Shown here: one piece after another, positions 26,967 to 35,976 of the stretch | How the letters are laid out: the number at the start of each line of letters is the position of its first letter | Position numbering within the stretch: the stretch's first letter is position 1 | Position numbers and translations under genes: made by a program | Notes under the pieces: model-generated | Told to the model about the DNA's origin: nothing | Seen by the model: only the letters and a program-made list of their open reading frames with translations | The model's database searches: none | Source: Candidatus Kapaibacterium sp. | Lineage (GTDB): Bacteria; Bacteroidota; Ignavibacteria; Kapaibacteriales; Kapaibacteriaceae | DNA length: 35,976 nucleotides | Direction of reading: 5' to 3' | NCBI GenBank assembly: GCA_030830285.1 | Contig: JAURNF010000012.1 | Span: forward strand, 1-35,976

Positions 26967-26974
26967 CGAACCTA
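26967..26974 (-). promoter_or_regulatory. -7 promoter box variant TAGGTTCG for the SnoaL-like gene
   Basis: TAnnTTYG 8 nt before in-frame ATG 26958 and 38 nt before ATG 26928. Confidence 0.5.
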
Positions 26975-26994
26975 CGGGTTTTTGTTCCTATTTC

Positions 26995-27008
26995 CGACCA
27001 ATTGGTCG
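26995..27008. promoter_or_regulatory. Perfect 14-bp palindrome CGACCAATTGGTCG, candidate TF operator
   Basis: Lies in the divergent SnoaL/lepA intergenic region, about 20-34 nt upstream of the SnoaL -7 box. Confidence 0.55.
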
Positions 27009-27057
27009 ATTTCCCAGCATGCACACCGCGGGATAGCCCTGCCGTGCTCCTGCTCCG

Positions 27058-27065
27058 TATCTTTG
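27058..27065 (+). promoter_or_regulatory. -7 promoter box TATCTTTG for lepA
   Basis: Exact TAnnTTTG ending 7 nt before ATG 27073. Confidence 0.7.
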
Positions 27066-27072
27066 CCGTCTT

Positions 27073-28872
27073 ATGAAGAACTACCGCAACTTTTGCATCA
27101 TCGCGCACATTGATCACGGCAAGTCGACCCTGGCAGACCGTCTGCTGGAGCGTACAGGACGTGTGTCGGCGCGCGAGATGACAATGAATCAGATTCTCGA
27201 CGATAATCCTCTTGAGCAGGAGCGTGGCATTACGATCAAGCTCCACGCCATCCAGATGGATTACAAAGCCAACGATGGTGAGACCTACAAGCTCAACCTC
27301 ATCGATACTCCGGGTCACGTGGACTTCTCCTACGAGGTGTCGCGTTCGCTGAGTGCGTGCGAGGGTGCGCTGTTGGTTGTTGACGCAACACAGGGCGTTG
27401 AAGCACAGACGATTTCGAATTTGTTCATGGCGATTGATCAAGGACTTGAGATCATTCCGGTGATCAACAAGATCGATTTGCCAAGTGCCGTGACAACAAT
27501 CGATAACGTGAAGCAGCAAGTGATCGACTTGATCGGCTGCAAGGAAGAAGACATGATCCTTGCGTCGGCCAAGGCCGGCATCGGTATCGATGAAATTCTC
27601 GAAACTGTTGTTGCGAAGATCCCACCACCGAAGGGCGATCCGAAGGCGCCGCTGCGCGCGCTGATCTACGATTCGATCTTCGATGCCTATCGCGGTGTTG
27701 TTGTAAACGTGCGCGTGTTCGATGGCACGATGAAGGAGAAAGACAAGATCGTCTTCATGAACACGAACCAGACGTATGACCTTGACGAGGTTGGTGTGTT
27801 GCACATGCAACGTCAACGCACGGGCATTCTCGAAGCAGGCAACGTAGGGTACTTCACGGCGGCAATTCGTCGTCTGCAAGACTCCAAGGTTGGCGACACC
27901 GTAACACTTGCAAACAATCCAACAACGAACCCTATTGAAGGCTTCCGCGAAGTGAAGCCGATGGTGTTCTCGGGTATCTACCCGGCTGACAGTGATGATT
28001 TCGAGGACTTGCGCGAAGCACTCGGCAAGCTTTCGCTGAACGACTCTGCAATTAGCTTTGAGCCTGAGTCGTCAAGCGCGCTCGGCTTCGGATTCCGCTG
28101 CGGCTTCCTTGGTCTGCTCCACATGGAGATCGTCCAAGAACGTCTCGAGCGCGAGTTCAACCAAGTGATCGTCACCACCGTACCGAACGTACGCTACAAG
28201 GTGATCACCACACGCGATGAAATTCTCTGGGTCGACAATCCATCGCAATTGCCGAATCCAACGTTGATCAAGGAAATTCAAGAGCCATTCATTCGTGCAC
28301 AGATCATTGCGCCATCGGAATACGTTGGCACAATCATGAAGCTTTGCATGGACCGTCGTGGCACAATGTTGGGTCAGTCGTACTTGTCTGCAGATCGTGT
28401 TGACATGACGTTTGACCTTCCGCTGGCGGAAGTGGTGTTTGACTTCTACGACAAGCTGAAGTCCAATACGCGTGGGTATGCATCGCTCGACTACGAATAC
28501 TCCGACTACAAGCAAGGCGAGCTTGTCCGCATGGACATTCTCCTAAACGGCGAACCAGTCGATGCGCTGTCATCGATCGTTCACCGTCAGAAGGCACACG
28601 AGTGGGGCAAGAAGTTGTGCGCCAAACTCAAGGAGCTCATCCCACGTCAGATGTTCGAGGTTGCGATTCAAGCAGCGATTGGTTCGAAGATCATCGCGCG
28701 TGAGTCCATCAGCGCCATTCGCAAGAACGTGATTGCCAAGTGTTATGGCGGCGACATTTCTCGAAAGCGCAAGCTCCTCGAGAAGCAGAAGGAAGGCAAG
28801 AAGCGCATGAAGCAAGTAGGCAAGGTGGAGATTCCACAGGAAGCATTCCACGCAGTTCTCTCAATTGACTAA
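27073..28872 (+). CDS. lepA: Translation elongation factor 4 (LepA)
   Basis: [55 protein letters not shown] and [25 protein letters not shown]. Confidence 0.99.
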   Translation: MKNYRNFCIIAHIDHGKSTLADRLLERTGRVSAREMTMNQILDDNPLEQERGITIKLHAIQMDYKANDGETYKLNLIDTPGHVDFSYEVSRSLSACEGALLVVDATQGVEAQTISNLFMAIDQGLEIIPVINKIDLPSAVTTIDNVKQQVIDLIGCKEEDMILASAKAGIGIDEILETVVAKIPPPKGDPKAPLRALIYDSIFDAYRGVVVNVRVFDGTMKEKDKIVFMNTNQTYDLDEVGVLHMQRQRTGILEAGNVGYFTAAIRRLQDSKVGDTVTLANNPTTNPIEGFREVKPMVFSGIYPADSDDFEDLREALGKLSLNDSAISFEPESSSALGFGFRCGFLGLLHMEIVQERLEREFNQVIVTTVPNVRYKVITTRDEILWVDNPSQLPNPTLIKEIQEPFIRAQIIAPSEYVGTIMKLCMDRRGTMLGQSYLSADRVDMTFDLPLAEVVFDFYDKLKSNTRGYASLDYEYSDYKQGELVRMDILLNGEPVDALSSIVHRQKAHEWGKKLCAKLKELIPRQMFEVAIQAAIGSKIIARESISAIRKNVIAKCYGGDISRKRKLLEKQKEGKKRMKQVGKVEIPQEAFHAVLSID

Positions 28873-28878
28873 GAAGCT

Positions 28879-29850
28879 ATGTCGCTCATCGAAACCATCT
28901 ACAGCAAGTTCGGTCCGTTCGGACAGTGGCTTATCCGTCGACGTCGTGCTCGGTTGAATGCGCCTAAGCCTGAGACGTTTACGCAACATGTTGTAGCATG
29001 GATCAAGACGCTCGTCTGGGCCGTGTCTGTTGTGACCATCATCAACGGACTCGCCCTTGCATCGTTTACCGTGCCAACGGGATCGATGGAGCGCACGGTG
29101 ATGGCCGGCGACTTCCTCTTTGTCAACAAGTTCATCTACGGTCCATCAACACCGCAGATCATTCCGTTTCTCAATCTCCCCCTTCCGTTCTACAAGCTCC
29201 CGCCGCTGTCTGCTCCGAATCATGGCGACGTGATCGTCTTCATCTTTCCTGGCAACCGCGACGATGTGAAGGCAGATCACTTCGAGTACTACCTCAAGCG
29301 TTGCATCGCTGTTGCGGGAGACACGCTACAGATTCGCAGTGGACGCGTGTTTGTGAACGGCATCGAGCGTCCACTTCCGGAGCACGGACAGTTTGCGCCG
29401 TACAGCGCCGAAGAGCGTACGGCACGTCATGAATACGATCGGCCGGCTTCGTTCCCTCCTGGACGTCAGTTTACGCGCGATGATTACGGTCCGATCCGTA
29501 TTCCAAAGCAAGGCGACGTAATCCCACTCACACCTGAATCGCTCTACGAGTGGGCAACATTCATCCGTCGTGAAGGCCACACGGTCAATCTCGGCACCGG
29601 CACCATCGACGGACAGCCAGCGACATCGTACACCGTTGAGCGCGACTACGTGTTCGGCATGGGTGACAACCGCGACAACTCTGCCGACTCACGCTTCTGG
29701 GGCTTTATCCCAGAGAACGACGTCGTCGGCACACCAATGGTTGTGTATTGGTCATGGGAGCCCGACGATCTCCAAAGCGGCAAGCGCTTGTCGCTCTTCG
29801 AGCGCCTCGGAACCATTCGTTGGAGTCGCATCGGGACGATCATCAACTAA
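28879..29850 (+). CDS. lepB: Signal peptidase I (long form)
   Basis: VPTGSME (catalytic Ser), YLKRC (Lys) and GMGDNRDNSADSRFWGF. Confidence 0.95.
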   Translation: MSLIETIYSKFGPFGQWLIRRRRARLNAPKPETFTQHVVAWIKTLVWAVSVVTIINGLALASFTVPTGSMERTVMAGDFLFVNKFIYGPSTPQIIPFLNLPLPFYKLPPLSAPNHGDVIVFIFPGNRDDVKADHFEYYLKRCIAVAGDTLQIRSGRVFVNGIERPLPEHGQFAPYSAEERTARHEYDRPASFPPGRQFTRDDYGPIRIPKQGDVIPLTPESLYEWATFIRREGHTVNLGTGTIDGQPATSYTVERDYVFGMGDNRDNSADSRFWGFIPENDVVGTPMVVYWSWEPDDLQSGKRLSLFERLGTIRWSRIGTIIN

Positions 29851-29851
29851 G

Positions 29852-30466
29852 ATGGATAGCCACCGGCTCTCGACTATCCGATGGCGCGATCTCGCCCTCA
29901 CGGCAGTCTTTGCTGCGTGTATTGCCGTTGCGCTCCGTGTGTTTGTGCTCAGCGCATATACAATCCCCTCGCACTCGATGGAGAACACCATTCTGCATGG
30001 TGACTACATCGTGATGAGCAAGATCACCTACCTCATGCGCGATGTGCGTCGTGGCGACGTGATCATCTTCTCGCTTCCGGATTCACTTCGCAAGGGTGAG
30101 TCGCTTCTCAATCCCGACGAGCTGTATATCAAGCGCGTCGTAGGAATGCCTGGCGACACGCTCGTGCTCACGCACGAGTCGATCACGATCAACGACGCGC
30201 TCCAACCAACACCGCCTGAGGCACGTCCGCCGTTCGACCCGCTTCTTAAGCCAAAGGAGCGAGCACGGACAATCATCGTGCCACCCGACCACTATTTTGT
30301 GATGGGCGACAATCGAAGCAACTCGTACGACTCACGTTCATGGGGGATGTTGCCGAGCGATCACATTGTTGGCTCGCCGCTGTTTGTGTACTGGTCATAC
30401 GGCGATACACCGAATAACCCTGCCGATCACATACGCTGGGATCGTCTCTTGCAGATCATCAAGTAA
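29852..30466 (+). CDS. lepB: Signal peptidase I, second copy (short form)
   Basis: From ATG 29852 (MDSHRLS): one TM, IPSHSME, RGDVIIF, YIKRVVG and FVMGDNRSNSYDSR.WG. Confidence 0.93.
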   Translation: MDSHRLSTIRWRDLALTAVFAACIAVALRVFVLSAYTIPSHSMENTILHGDYIVMSKITYLMRDVRRGDVIIFSLPDSLRKGESLLNPDELYIKRVVGMPGDTLVLTHESITINDALQPTPPEARPPFDPLLKPKERARTIIVPPDHYFVMGDNRSNSYDSRSWGMLPSDHIVGSPLFVYWSYGDTPNNPADHIRWDRLLQIIK

Positions 30467-31611
30467 TGCGCGGATACTACCTCCATATCCCCTTCTGCGA
30501 AAAGAAGTGTTCGTACTGCGACTTCTACAGTCTCGAAACCACGCAGCACATCGATGCATTCGTCGAGACGCTTCTGCGTGAAATCACGATGCGCGCAGAT
30601 GATGCAACAGACACTTCATCGACGACGCCCGTAACATCGGTGTTCTTTGGTGGCGGTACGCCGTCACTCCTCTCGCCTGCAACACTCACACGTATCGTCA
30701 ACCACGTACGCGCACATGTAGCGGTTGCAGCAAATGCAGAGTGGACCATGGAGTGCAACCCCGGAACGGTAACTGCAGAAACGCTTCAGGGATATGCCGC
30801 AGCTGGCATCAACCGACTCTCCTTCGGCGTGCAGTCCTTCACGGCATCGGAGCTCGAGTTTCTCGATCGCATACACTCGGCTGATGAAGCATCACAAGCA
30901 ATGTCACTTGCACGAGCAGCTGGATTTGAGAACGTCAACATGGATCTCATGTTCGCCGTGCCGGGTCAGACCTACGACACATTGCAGTACAACCTCCAGC
31001 GCATGCTTGCGCTGCAACCAGATCATATCAGCGCCTACTCGCTCATCTACGAACACGGCACACCGCTCTTTGCGAAGATGAAGAAGGGGCTTGTAACCCC
31101 CACATCAGAAGATGTTGATGCAGCGATGTATGCGCTCGTAATCGACACCCTTACACGCGCTGGATACGAACAGTACGAAGTCAGCAACTTCGCACGTACT
31201 GGCAAGCGTTGCATGCACAACCGCACGTACTGGCTCTGCGAGTCGTACACCGCTGTCGGACCCAGTGCACACGGACTTCTTGGCAGCACGCGGTATTGGA
31301 ATCACCGATCGCTCACGCAATGGACAGCGAAGGTGCACGCAAACGAACTTCCCGAAGCAAATCGCGAAACGCTCAGCACCAACGAACAGCTCACAGAGTT
31401 TCTCTTCTGCACGCTTCGTGCCGAAGGCATCCCCATCGCAACAGTACAACAGCGGTTCGGCATCGACATTCGCACAGCACTTGCCGAGCATCTTCCCGAC
31501 TGGATGAGTGCCGACTTTGTTCGCGATACCGGTTCGCACCTCACACTTACTGCTGAAGGCTACCGCGTGTGCGACGAACTCACCCTCCGCATGCTCGCCT
31601 GTGTTGAGTGA
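30466..31611 (+). CDS. hemW: Radical SAM heme chaperone HemW (HemN-like)
   Basis: YLHIPFCEKKCSYCDF, FFGGGTPS, RLSFGVQSF, YEVSNFA and HNRTYW (HemW-type HNxxYW). Adjacent to lepA-lepB. Confidence 0.9.
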   Translation: MRGYYLHIPFCEKKCSYCDFYSLETTQHIDAFVETLLREITMRADDATDTSSTTPVTSVFFGGGTPSLLSPATLTRIVNHVRAHVAVAANAEWTMECNPGTVTAETLQGYAAAGINRLSFGVQSFTASELEFLDRIHSADEASQAMSLARAAGFENVNMDLMFAVPGQTYDTLQYNLQRMLALQPDHISAYSLIYEHGTPLFAKMKKGLVTPTSEDVDAAMYALVIDTLTRAGYEQYEVSNFARTGKRCMHNRTYWLCESYTAVGPSAHGLLGSTRYWNHRSLTQWTAKVHANELPEANRETLSTNEQLTEFLFCTLRAEGIPIATVQQRFGIDIRTALAEHLPDWMSADFVRDTGSHLTLTAEGYRVCDELTLRMLACVE

Positions 31612-31623
31612 GCGCCCTCCTAC

Positions 31624-32805
31624 CTATCGCCTTACTGCATCGGCAATCACAACTCGCACAGCACGACGTGCTGGGTATTGCGAGGCAACAATGGCGAGGA
31701 TGATGCCAATGGATGCAGCCACTACAACATCGATGGCGTGAACATCCACCGGGAGTGCGGGAATCGCATAGCCTTGCGTGACGTCGAATCGTATCCACGA
31801 GAAGGTGCGCTGGCCAATGCAGAGACCAACGCCTACGATGCTGCCAACGAGCACGCTGCCCACGCCAAGCACGAGACCTTGAAGCTGAAAGATGCGGTGG
31901 ACCTGTCGGTCGGTTGCTCCAATAGCCTTGAGTATGGCAATGTCGCGACGCTTCTCCATTACGCCGAGCGTGAGCGATACGAGGATGTTGAACGCAGCAA
32001 CGATTACGATGAGCGACAACACAATGAACGATCCTATACGCTCAAGACGCATCATGTCGAACATTGTCCGATGCAGGTCGCGCCACGTCTCAACCTGCAA
32101 GCCCCTTGCACGCATGATTTGTGCAGCATCTTCAGCACGATGAGGATCGTCGAGACGGATGTACGTGTATCGCGTTGTCGATGCGGGAGCGATGGTGGCA
32201 ACAACTGAATCAAGAACGTACATCTGCGGTGCGCTCGACGCGCCGTCTGCTGTGGGTGTGAGGATTCCACGCACCTGCACACGCGATCCAGACGGAATCG
32301 ACATCGTAAGAAGCGATGATTCAATTGCCTCGGGTGCGATGAGCGACAGCGTGTCACCGATGTATACGTTGAGCGCTTCGGCGATGTCGAGCGAGATCAC
32401 AGCACCAGTAAGTCCACCGCGACTCTCAACGCTGGCAGTTCCGATCATGGTTGCACGCGCTACGTCGTATTCAGCAAGTTCGTTGCGAATTCCGAGCGCT
32501 CGCGCGGCAGTGGAACGGCCGGGCAACTGCACAACGAGTGTGGACTGATAGACAGGTTGTACAAGGCGCGCACCACCGATCTCGCGCACATCGATTGGTG
32601 GACGCCCCATTACGCGCAGGTGCGGACCCGAGCTGGTCATGCTGTCGATGGCAACGTTGCGAAACCCGTTAAACAGCGACAGCACAATGATGAGGGCGGC
32701 AGTGCCAACGGCAATGCCTACCACCGAGATACCACCAATGAGTCCGATCGCCGATAATCGACGAGGGCGAACATATCTGAGTGCGAGTGCTGTTGTTGGG
32801 TTCAC
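31624..32805 (-). CDS. LolC/E family ABC transporter permease (lipoprotein release)
   Basis: ISVVGIAVGTAALIIVLSLFNGF, TWRDLH..F..MRLE, IVAAFNI...VMEKRRDIAILKAIGA and YPARRA. GTG start overlaps the ppk1 stop. Confidence 0.88.
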   Translation of the reverse strand: MNPTTALALRYVRPRRLSAIGLIGGISVVGIAVGTAALIIVLSLFNGFRNVAIDSMTSSGPHLRVMGRPPIDVREIGGARLVQPVYQSTLVVQLPGRSTAARALGIRNELAEYDVARATMIGTASVESRGGLTGAVISLDIAEALNVYIGDTLSLIAPEAIESSLLTMSIPSGSRVQVRGILTPTADGASSAPQMYVLDSVVATIAPASTTRYTYIRLDDPHRAEDAAQIMRARGLQVETWRDLHRTMFDMMRLERIGSFIVLSLIVIVAAFNILVSLTLGVMEKRRDIAILKAIGATDRQVHRIFQLQGLVLGVGSVLVGSIVGVGLCIGQRTFSWIRFDVTQGYAIPALPVDVHAIDVVVAASIGIILAIVASQYPARRAVRVVIADAVRR

Positions 32806-34922
32806 GACCGACGTTTGGATGGGAGGAACGATTGCTGCGAGCGCAACGGCGAATCACCTTGCGCAAGTCGACGGTAGAATCCGTCAGAATCAAGCACGCG
32901 CGTCTTCACCGTGTCGGCAAGATACGCCTTGAGTATCTCGCGCAATCGCTTCTTGACCTTCGTGTCATATACCGGGAACGCAATTTCAATGCGCCGGTCC
33001 ATGTTCCGCCCCATCCAGTCTGCACTCGAAATGAAGAGCGCATCATCTCCCCCATTGCGGAACCAGAAGATGCGACTATGCTCAAGGAATCGGTCGAGAA
33101 TGCTCCGCACCGTGATGTTGTCGCTCACCCCGGGTACTCCCGGTCGCAACGCGCAGACACCACGGACGATGAGCTCGATCTTAACACCAGCCATCGATGC
33201 TCGATACAGCGCCTGAATAATCGTCGTGTCGATGAGCGCATTCATCTTGGCGATGATGTGCCCCTTACCTCCCTGCTGCACGTGCGCGATCTCACGATCG
33301 ATCAGCGAGAGAAATGTCGAGCGCAGATTTAATGGTGCAACACCAAGGTGTTGCCACGAGGCATGTCGTGAGTACCCGGTGAGCAGATTAAACAGATGCA
33401 CGAAATCGCGCTCAAACTCCTGACGTCCAGTGAAGATCCCAACGTCGGTGTACACACGCGATGTGCCCAGATTGTAATTGCCTGTTGCAACGTGCGCATA
33501 AGTGAGCACGTTCACACCTTCTTTGCGCACTACCAGACACACCTTGCAATGGACTTTCAAGCCCATCACGCCGTAGACAACGTGCACGCCAGCTTGCTCA
33601 AGCGCACGCGCCCACTGGATGTTCGTCTCTTCATCAAATCGCGCCTTCAATTCAACAAAGGCGGTAACGTTCTTGCCAAGTGTCGCAGCACGCTTGAGCG
33701 CCTCGATCACCGGGGAACGTCCACCCGCGCGATACAACGTGATCTTGATTGCCAACACGTTCGCGTCTTCCGCAGCTGCCTCAATAAAGCGCACAACGGA
33801 ATTCGTAAACGAATCAAACGGATGGTGCACAAGGATGTCGCCATCCTTCAACACCTCGAAGATGTTCGTGCCGTCGCGCTCGAACTCTGCAACCTTTCGC
33901 GACGTAAACGGCACATCCTTGAGTGCTCGACGGTCGAGCTGCATCAGCGCTAAAAAGTCTTGCAGGTTCAGCGGCATATCCACGCTGTACACATCCGAAT
34001 GCTCCAACTCGAGCGCACGCGTGAAGAACTGCGTGAGCTTGCGTGGCATGTCCGGACTGATCTCCATGCGCACGGCGTCAGTACCCCAGCGGCGCTGCCG
34101 GATGCCTTCAGCAACAGCTGTGATCAAATCATTCGCTTCGTCCTCTGCGATGTCGACATCGGCGTCGCGCGTTACGCGGAAGAGGTGACTCTCCTCGACG
34201 CGCAGTCCGGGGAACAGGATGCTTGCGTGAGCACGAATGATGTCCTCGAACAGCACATAGTGGTGTCCACCCGTACGTGCCAACTTGATCAACCGCGGCA
34301 AGGCCGAAGGCAGCTGCACAACCGCCACCTTGATATCGTCATCATCGCTCTGCTCGTCGATGAGTTGGAACGCAATCGTCAGCGAGCGATTCAGCAGGCG
34401 CGGGAAGGGATGCCCAGGGTCAAGGGCAAGGGGCGTAAGCACCGGCATGATGTTGTCAACGAAGTCACGCTCGAGTTCGATGCGCTCTTCGGTTGACAGA
34501 TCGTCGTACTGATGAATGTGGATGCCCTCGCGCTGCAGCGCCGGCACGATGGTTGATCGCCACACGTCAGCTTGCCGCTTGTAGAGCGGAATGAGACGTG
34601 ATCGGATTTCTTTCATCTGTTCAAGGGGCGTCATCCCATCGGACGAGAGCTCGGTGACGCCGGAGTAGATCTGCTCTTGCAATCCGGCGACGCGAATCAT
34701 GAAGAACTCGTCGAGATTCGTCGAAAAGATCGCCAGGAACTTGAGTCGCTCCAGGAGCGGATGCGTGATATCCTCGGCTTCTTCTAAGACGCGCTTGTTA
34801 AACTCGATCCATGAGAGTTCACGGTTGAGATAGAGCGACTCATCGTCGAGATCAATCTGATGTGCGGTCGGCGAATGTCCTGCCGAGGTACGTTTGGTAG
34901 CTTTGGTGGTGCGCTTTGCCAT
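32802..34922 (-). CDS. ppk1: Polyphosphate kinase 1
   Basis: NRELSWIEFN.RVL, NLDEFFMIRVAGL, DPGHPFP, HHPFDSF, ELKARFDE, KVHCK (phospho-His region) and RFLEHSRIF..SSADWM.RN. Confidence 0.98.
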   Translation of the reverse strand: MAKRTTKATKRTSAGHSPTAHQIDLDDESLYLNRELSWIEFNKRVLEEAEDITHPLLERLKFLAIFSTNLDEFFMIRVAGLQEQIYSGVTELSSDGMTPLEQMKEIRSRLIPLYKRQADVWRSTIVPALQREGIHIHQYDDLSTEERIELERDFVDNIMPVLTPLALDPGHPFPRLLNRSLTIAFQLIDEQSDDDDIKVAVVQLPSALPRLIKLARTGGHHYVLFEDIIRAHASILFPGLRVEESHLFRVTRDADVDIAEDEANDLITAVAEGIRQRRWGTDAVRMEISPDMPRKLTQFFTRALELEHSDVYSVDMPLNLQDFLALMQLDRRALKDVPFTSRKVAEFERDGTNIFEVLKDGDILVHHPFDSFTNSVVRFIEAAAEDANVLAIKITLYRAGGRSPVIEALKRAATLGKNVTAFVELKARFDEETNIQWARALEQAGVHVVYGVMGLKVHCKVCLVVRKEGVNVLTYAHVATGNYNLGTSRVYTDVGIFTGRQEFERDFVHLFNLLTGYSRHASWQHLGVAPLNLRSTFLSLIDREIAHVQQGGKGHIIAKMNALIDTTIIQALYRASMAGVKIELIVRGVCALRPGVPGVSDNITVRSILDRFLEHSRIFWFRNGGDDALFISSADWMGRNMDRRIEIAFPVYDTKVKKRLREILKAYLADTVKTRVLDSDGFYRRLAQGDSPLRSQQSFLPSKRRS

Positions 34923-34926
34923 GGTA

Positions 34927-34934
34927 CGAAGCTA
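34927..34934 (-). promoter_or_regulatory. -7 promoter box variant TAGCTTCG for ppk1
   Basis: TAnnTTYG ending 4 nt before ATG 34922. Confidence 0.65.
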
Positions 34935-34978
34935 CCGAACAGCCAGCAATGGCGCATGTTACCTTTTTGTGTGCAGCA

Positions 34979-35976
34979 CTACTCCGCAACGATTACCACG
35001 CAGCGTCCGCGTACAACGTCCGTCGTATTTGCATCAACGGCCAGGATCGACGCGATGTAGGGTCCGGGCTCGACCCTCCGTCCAGCCGAATCCGTGCCAT
35101 TCCAGGCATACCTGCCCTCTGCTGCAATGAAGCAGCTGTTACACAGCGTGTGACGAACAAATCCAGCCTCGTCGTAGATGTCGATGCGCGCCCGCGCCTG
35201 TACAAAGGGTATCTGCCAGACGATCTGCGCTGTGGACTGACCGTGCATTGGATCAGACGATATCACCGATGGATACGCTGCAAGCGTCGCACTCGACGAA
35301 CCGTCACGTGCAACGCTGTTGCGTGCACCAGGCGTGGAGCGCGCAGGTGCGGCAGACGACGTCCATGCGGCTGACTGTTCGCTACGCATATGCTCACTCC
35401 GCTTTTCGAGCGACACGCCGTCGATGCTTCCAATACGCGGATGATGGTACGACCTGTCGTACCACATGCTATCAACGCGCAGACCCTCGGGAGTGCAAAG
35501 CACAATGAGCTCGCGCTCTTGCTGTATCGCAAGCGTTGGACTCGTCCGCGCGCGCGGCACAACGGTCTGCATCGATGCCGCCGACATCGATGCACATAGC
35601 ACGCCGAACCCGCTCGGCGGCACAACCAGCGGCGCAACACATCGATACTGCACACCACGCGTGGTCTCGATCACCCAGTCGGCAAGATCCACCGAATCGG
35701 ACGTGCCGTTCCAGATCTCGACAAGGTCGCATTCACCAGTGCGAGGTTGCGCAAGAACTTCGTTGATCATCACCATACCTGCCACCGGAGGAATCGTGAT
35801 GCGCGTCGCAATGACATCATTCTCCGGCCGATCGTCTGCTCCCTCGATGCGCGTGTGAATCGTGCGACATGCAACACGTTCGTGTCCTTGCACACAGCCC
35901 TCTGGCACGAGCCAGATCACCTCTTCGCCAACACGGAGGGGTCCGACCACGGTATCAAACACCACATCATCACAGC
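34979..35976 (-). CDS. Lamin-tail domain protein with C-terminal FlgD-like Ig domain (5' end outside the window)
   Basis: VMINEVLAQP..DLVEIWN..VDLADW, GVSLEKR and STPGARNS (LTD). C-terminal AYPSVIS..IDIYDEAG..VR....WNGTDSAGRRVEPGPYI. Frame is open to the window edge. Confidence 0.78.
   Translation of the reverse strand, partial: CDDVVFDTVVGPLRVGEEVIWLVPEGCVQGHERVACRTIHTRIEGADDRPENDVIATRITIPPVAGMVMINEVLAQPRTGECDLVEIWNGTSDSVDLADWVIETTRGVQYRCVAPLVVPPSGFGVLCASMSAASMQTVVPRARTSPTLAIQQERELIVLCTPEGLRVDSMWYDRSYHHPRIGSIDGVSLEKRSEHMRSEQSAAWTSSAAPARSTPGARNSVARDGSSSATLAAYPSVISSDPMHGQSTAQIVWQIPFVQARARIDIYDEAGFVRHTLCNSCFIAAEGRYAWNGTDSAGRRVEPGPYIASILAVDANTTDVVRGRCVVIVAE

Noticed and set aside
26929-27879. 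436-aa minus-strand ORF suggesting a fusion upstream of the SnoaL domain
   Set aside because: The extension is the antisense shadow of lepA and crosses the divergent promoter region. Only the last 119-129 aa look like a protein.

Overview
A gene-dense, mostly housekeeping window from a bacterium of the Bacteroidota/Chlorobiota/Ignavibacteria supergroup. Ca. Kapabacteria-like is an inference from the archaeal/eukaryote-type ProRS, a T9SS plug-like protein, lepA-lepB-lepB-hemW synteny and TAnnTTTG-type promoter boxes. It encodes about 34 CDS: uvrD/pcrA (partial), an FmdB zinc ribbon, trpS, a beta-barrel protein, rpe, a DUF2520 oxidoreductase, cysS, hutI, a hypothetical, manC, asd, a PAP2 phosphatase, a carbon-nitrogen hydrolase, a mazEF-type TA pair, murC, two SurA/PpiC-type PPIases, two hypotheticals, era, bamD, an acyl-CoA thioesterase, a DUF5103/T9SS plug-like protein, ruvB, a secreted VOC protein, proS, a TolB-like lipoprotein, a porin-like OMP, a SnoaL-like protein, lepA, two lepB, hemW, lolC/E, ppk1 and a partial lamin-tail/FlgD-Ig protein. 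I saw no rRNA, tRNA, CRISPR array, IS element or prophage. The strongest unexplained signal is regulatory. A Bacteroidota-type -7 promoter box (consensus gTAnnTTYGc) sits only 3-8 nt before the start codon of at least ten transcription-unit-leading genes, which implies pervasive leaderless mRNAs. Other notable items are a GAGAC/GTCTC tandem-inverted repeat that forms a hairpin over a start codon and encodes a lipoprotein signal peptide, a 23-bp palindromic operator over the TA promoter, a NemR-like palindrome in a divergent promoter, a possible stop-codon loss in an OMP, and an ImmA/IrrE-like protein lacking HExxH. All calls come from reading motifs; no database searches were run.
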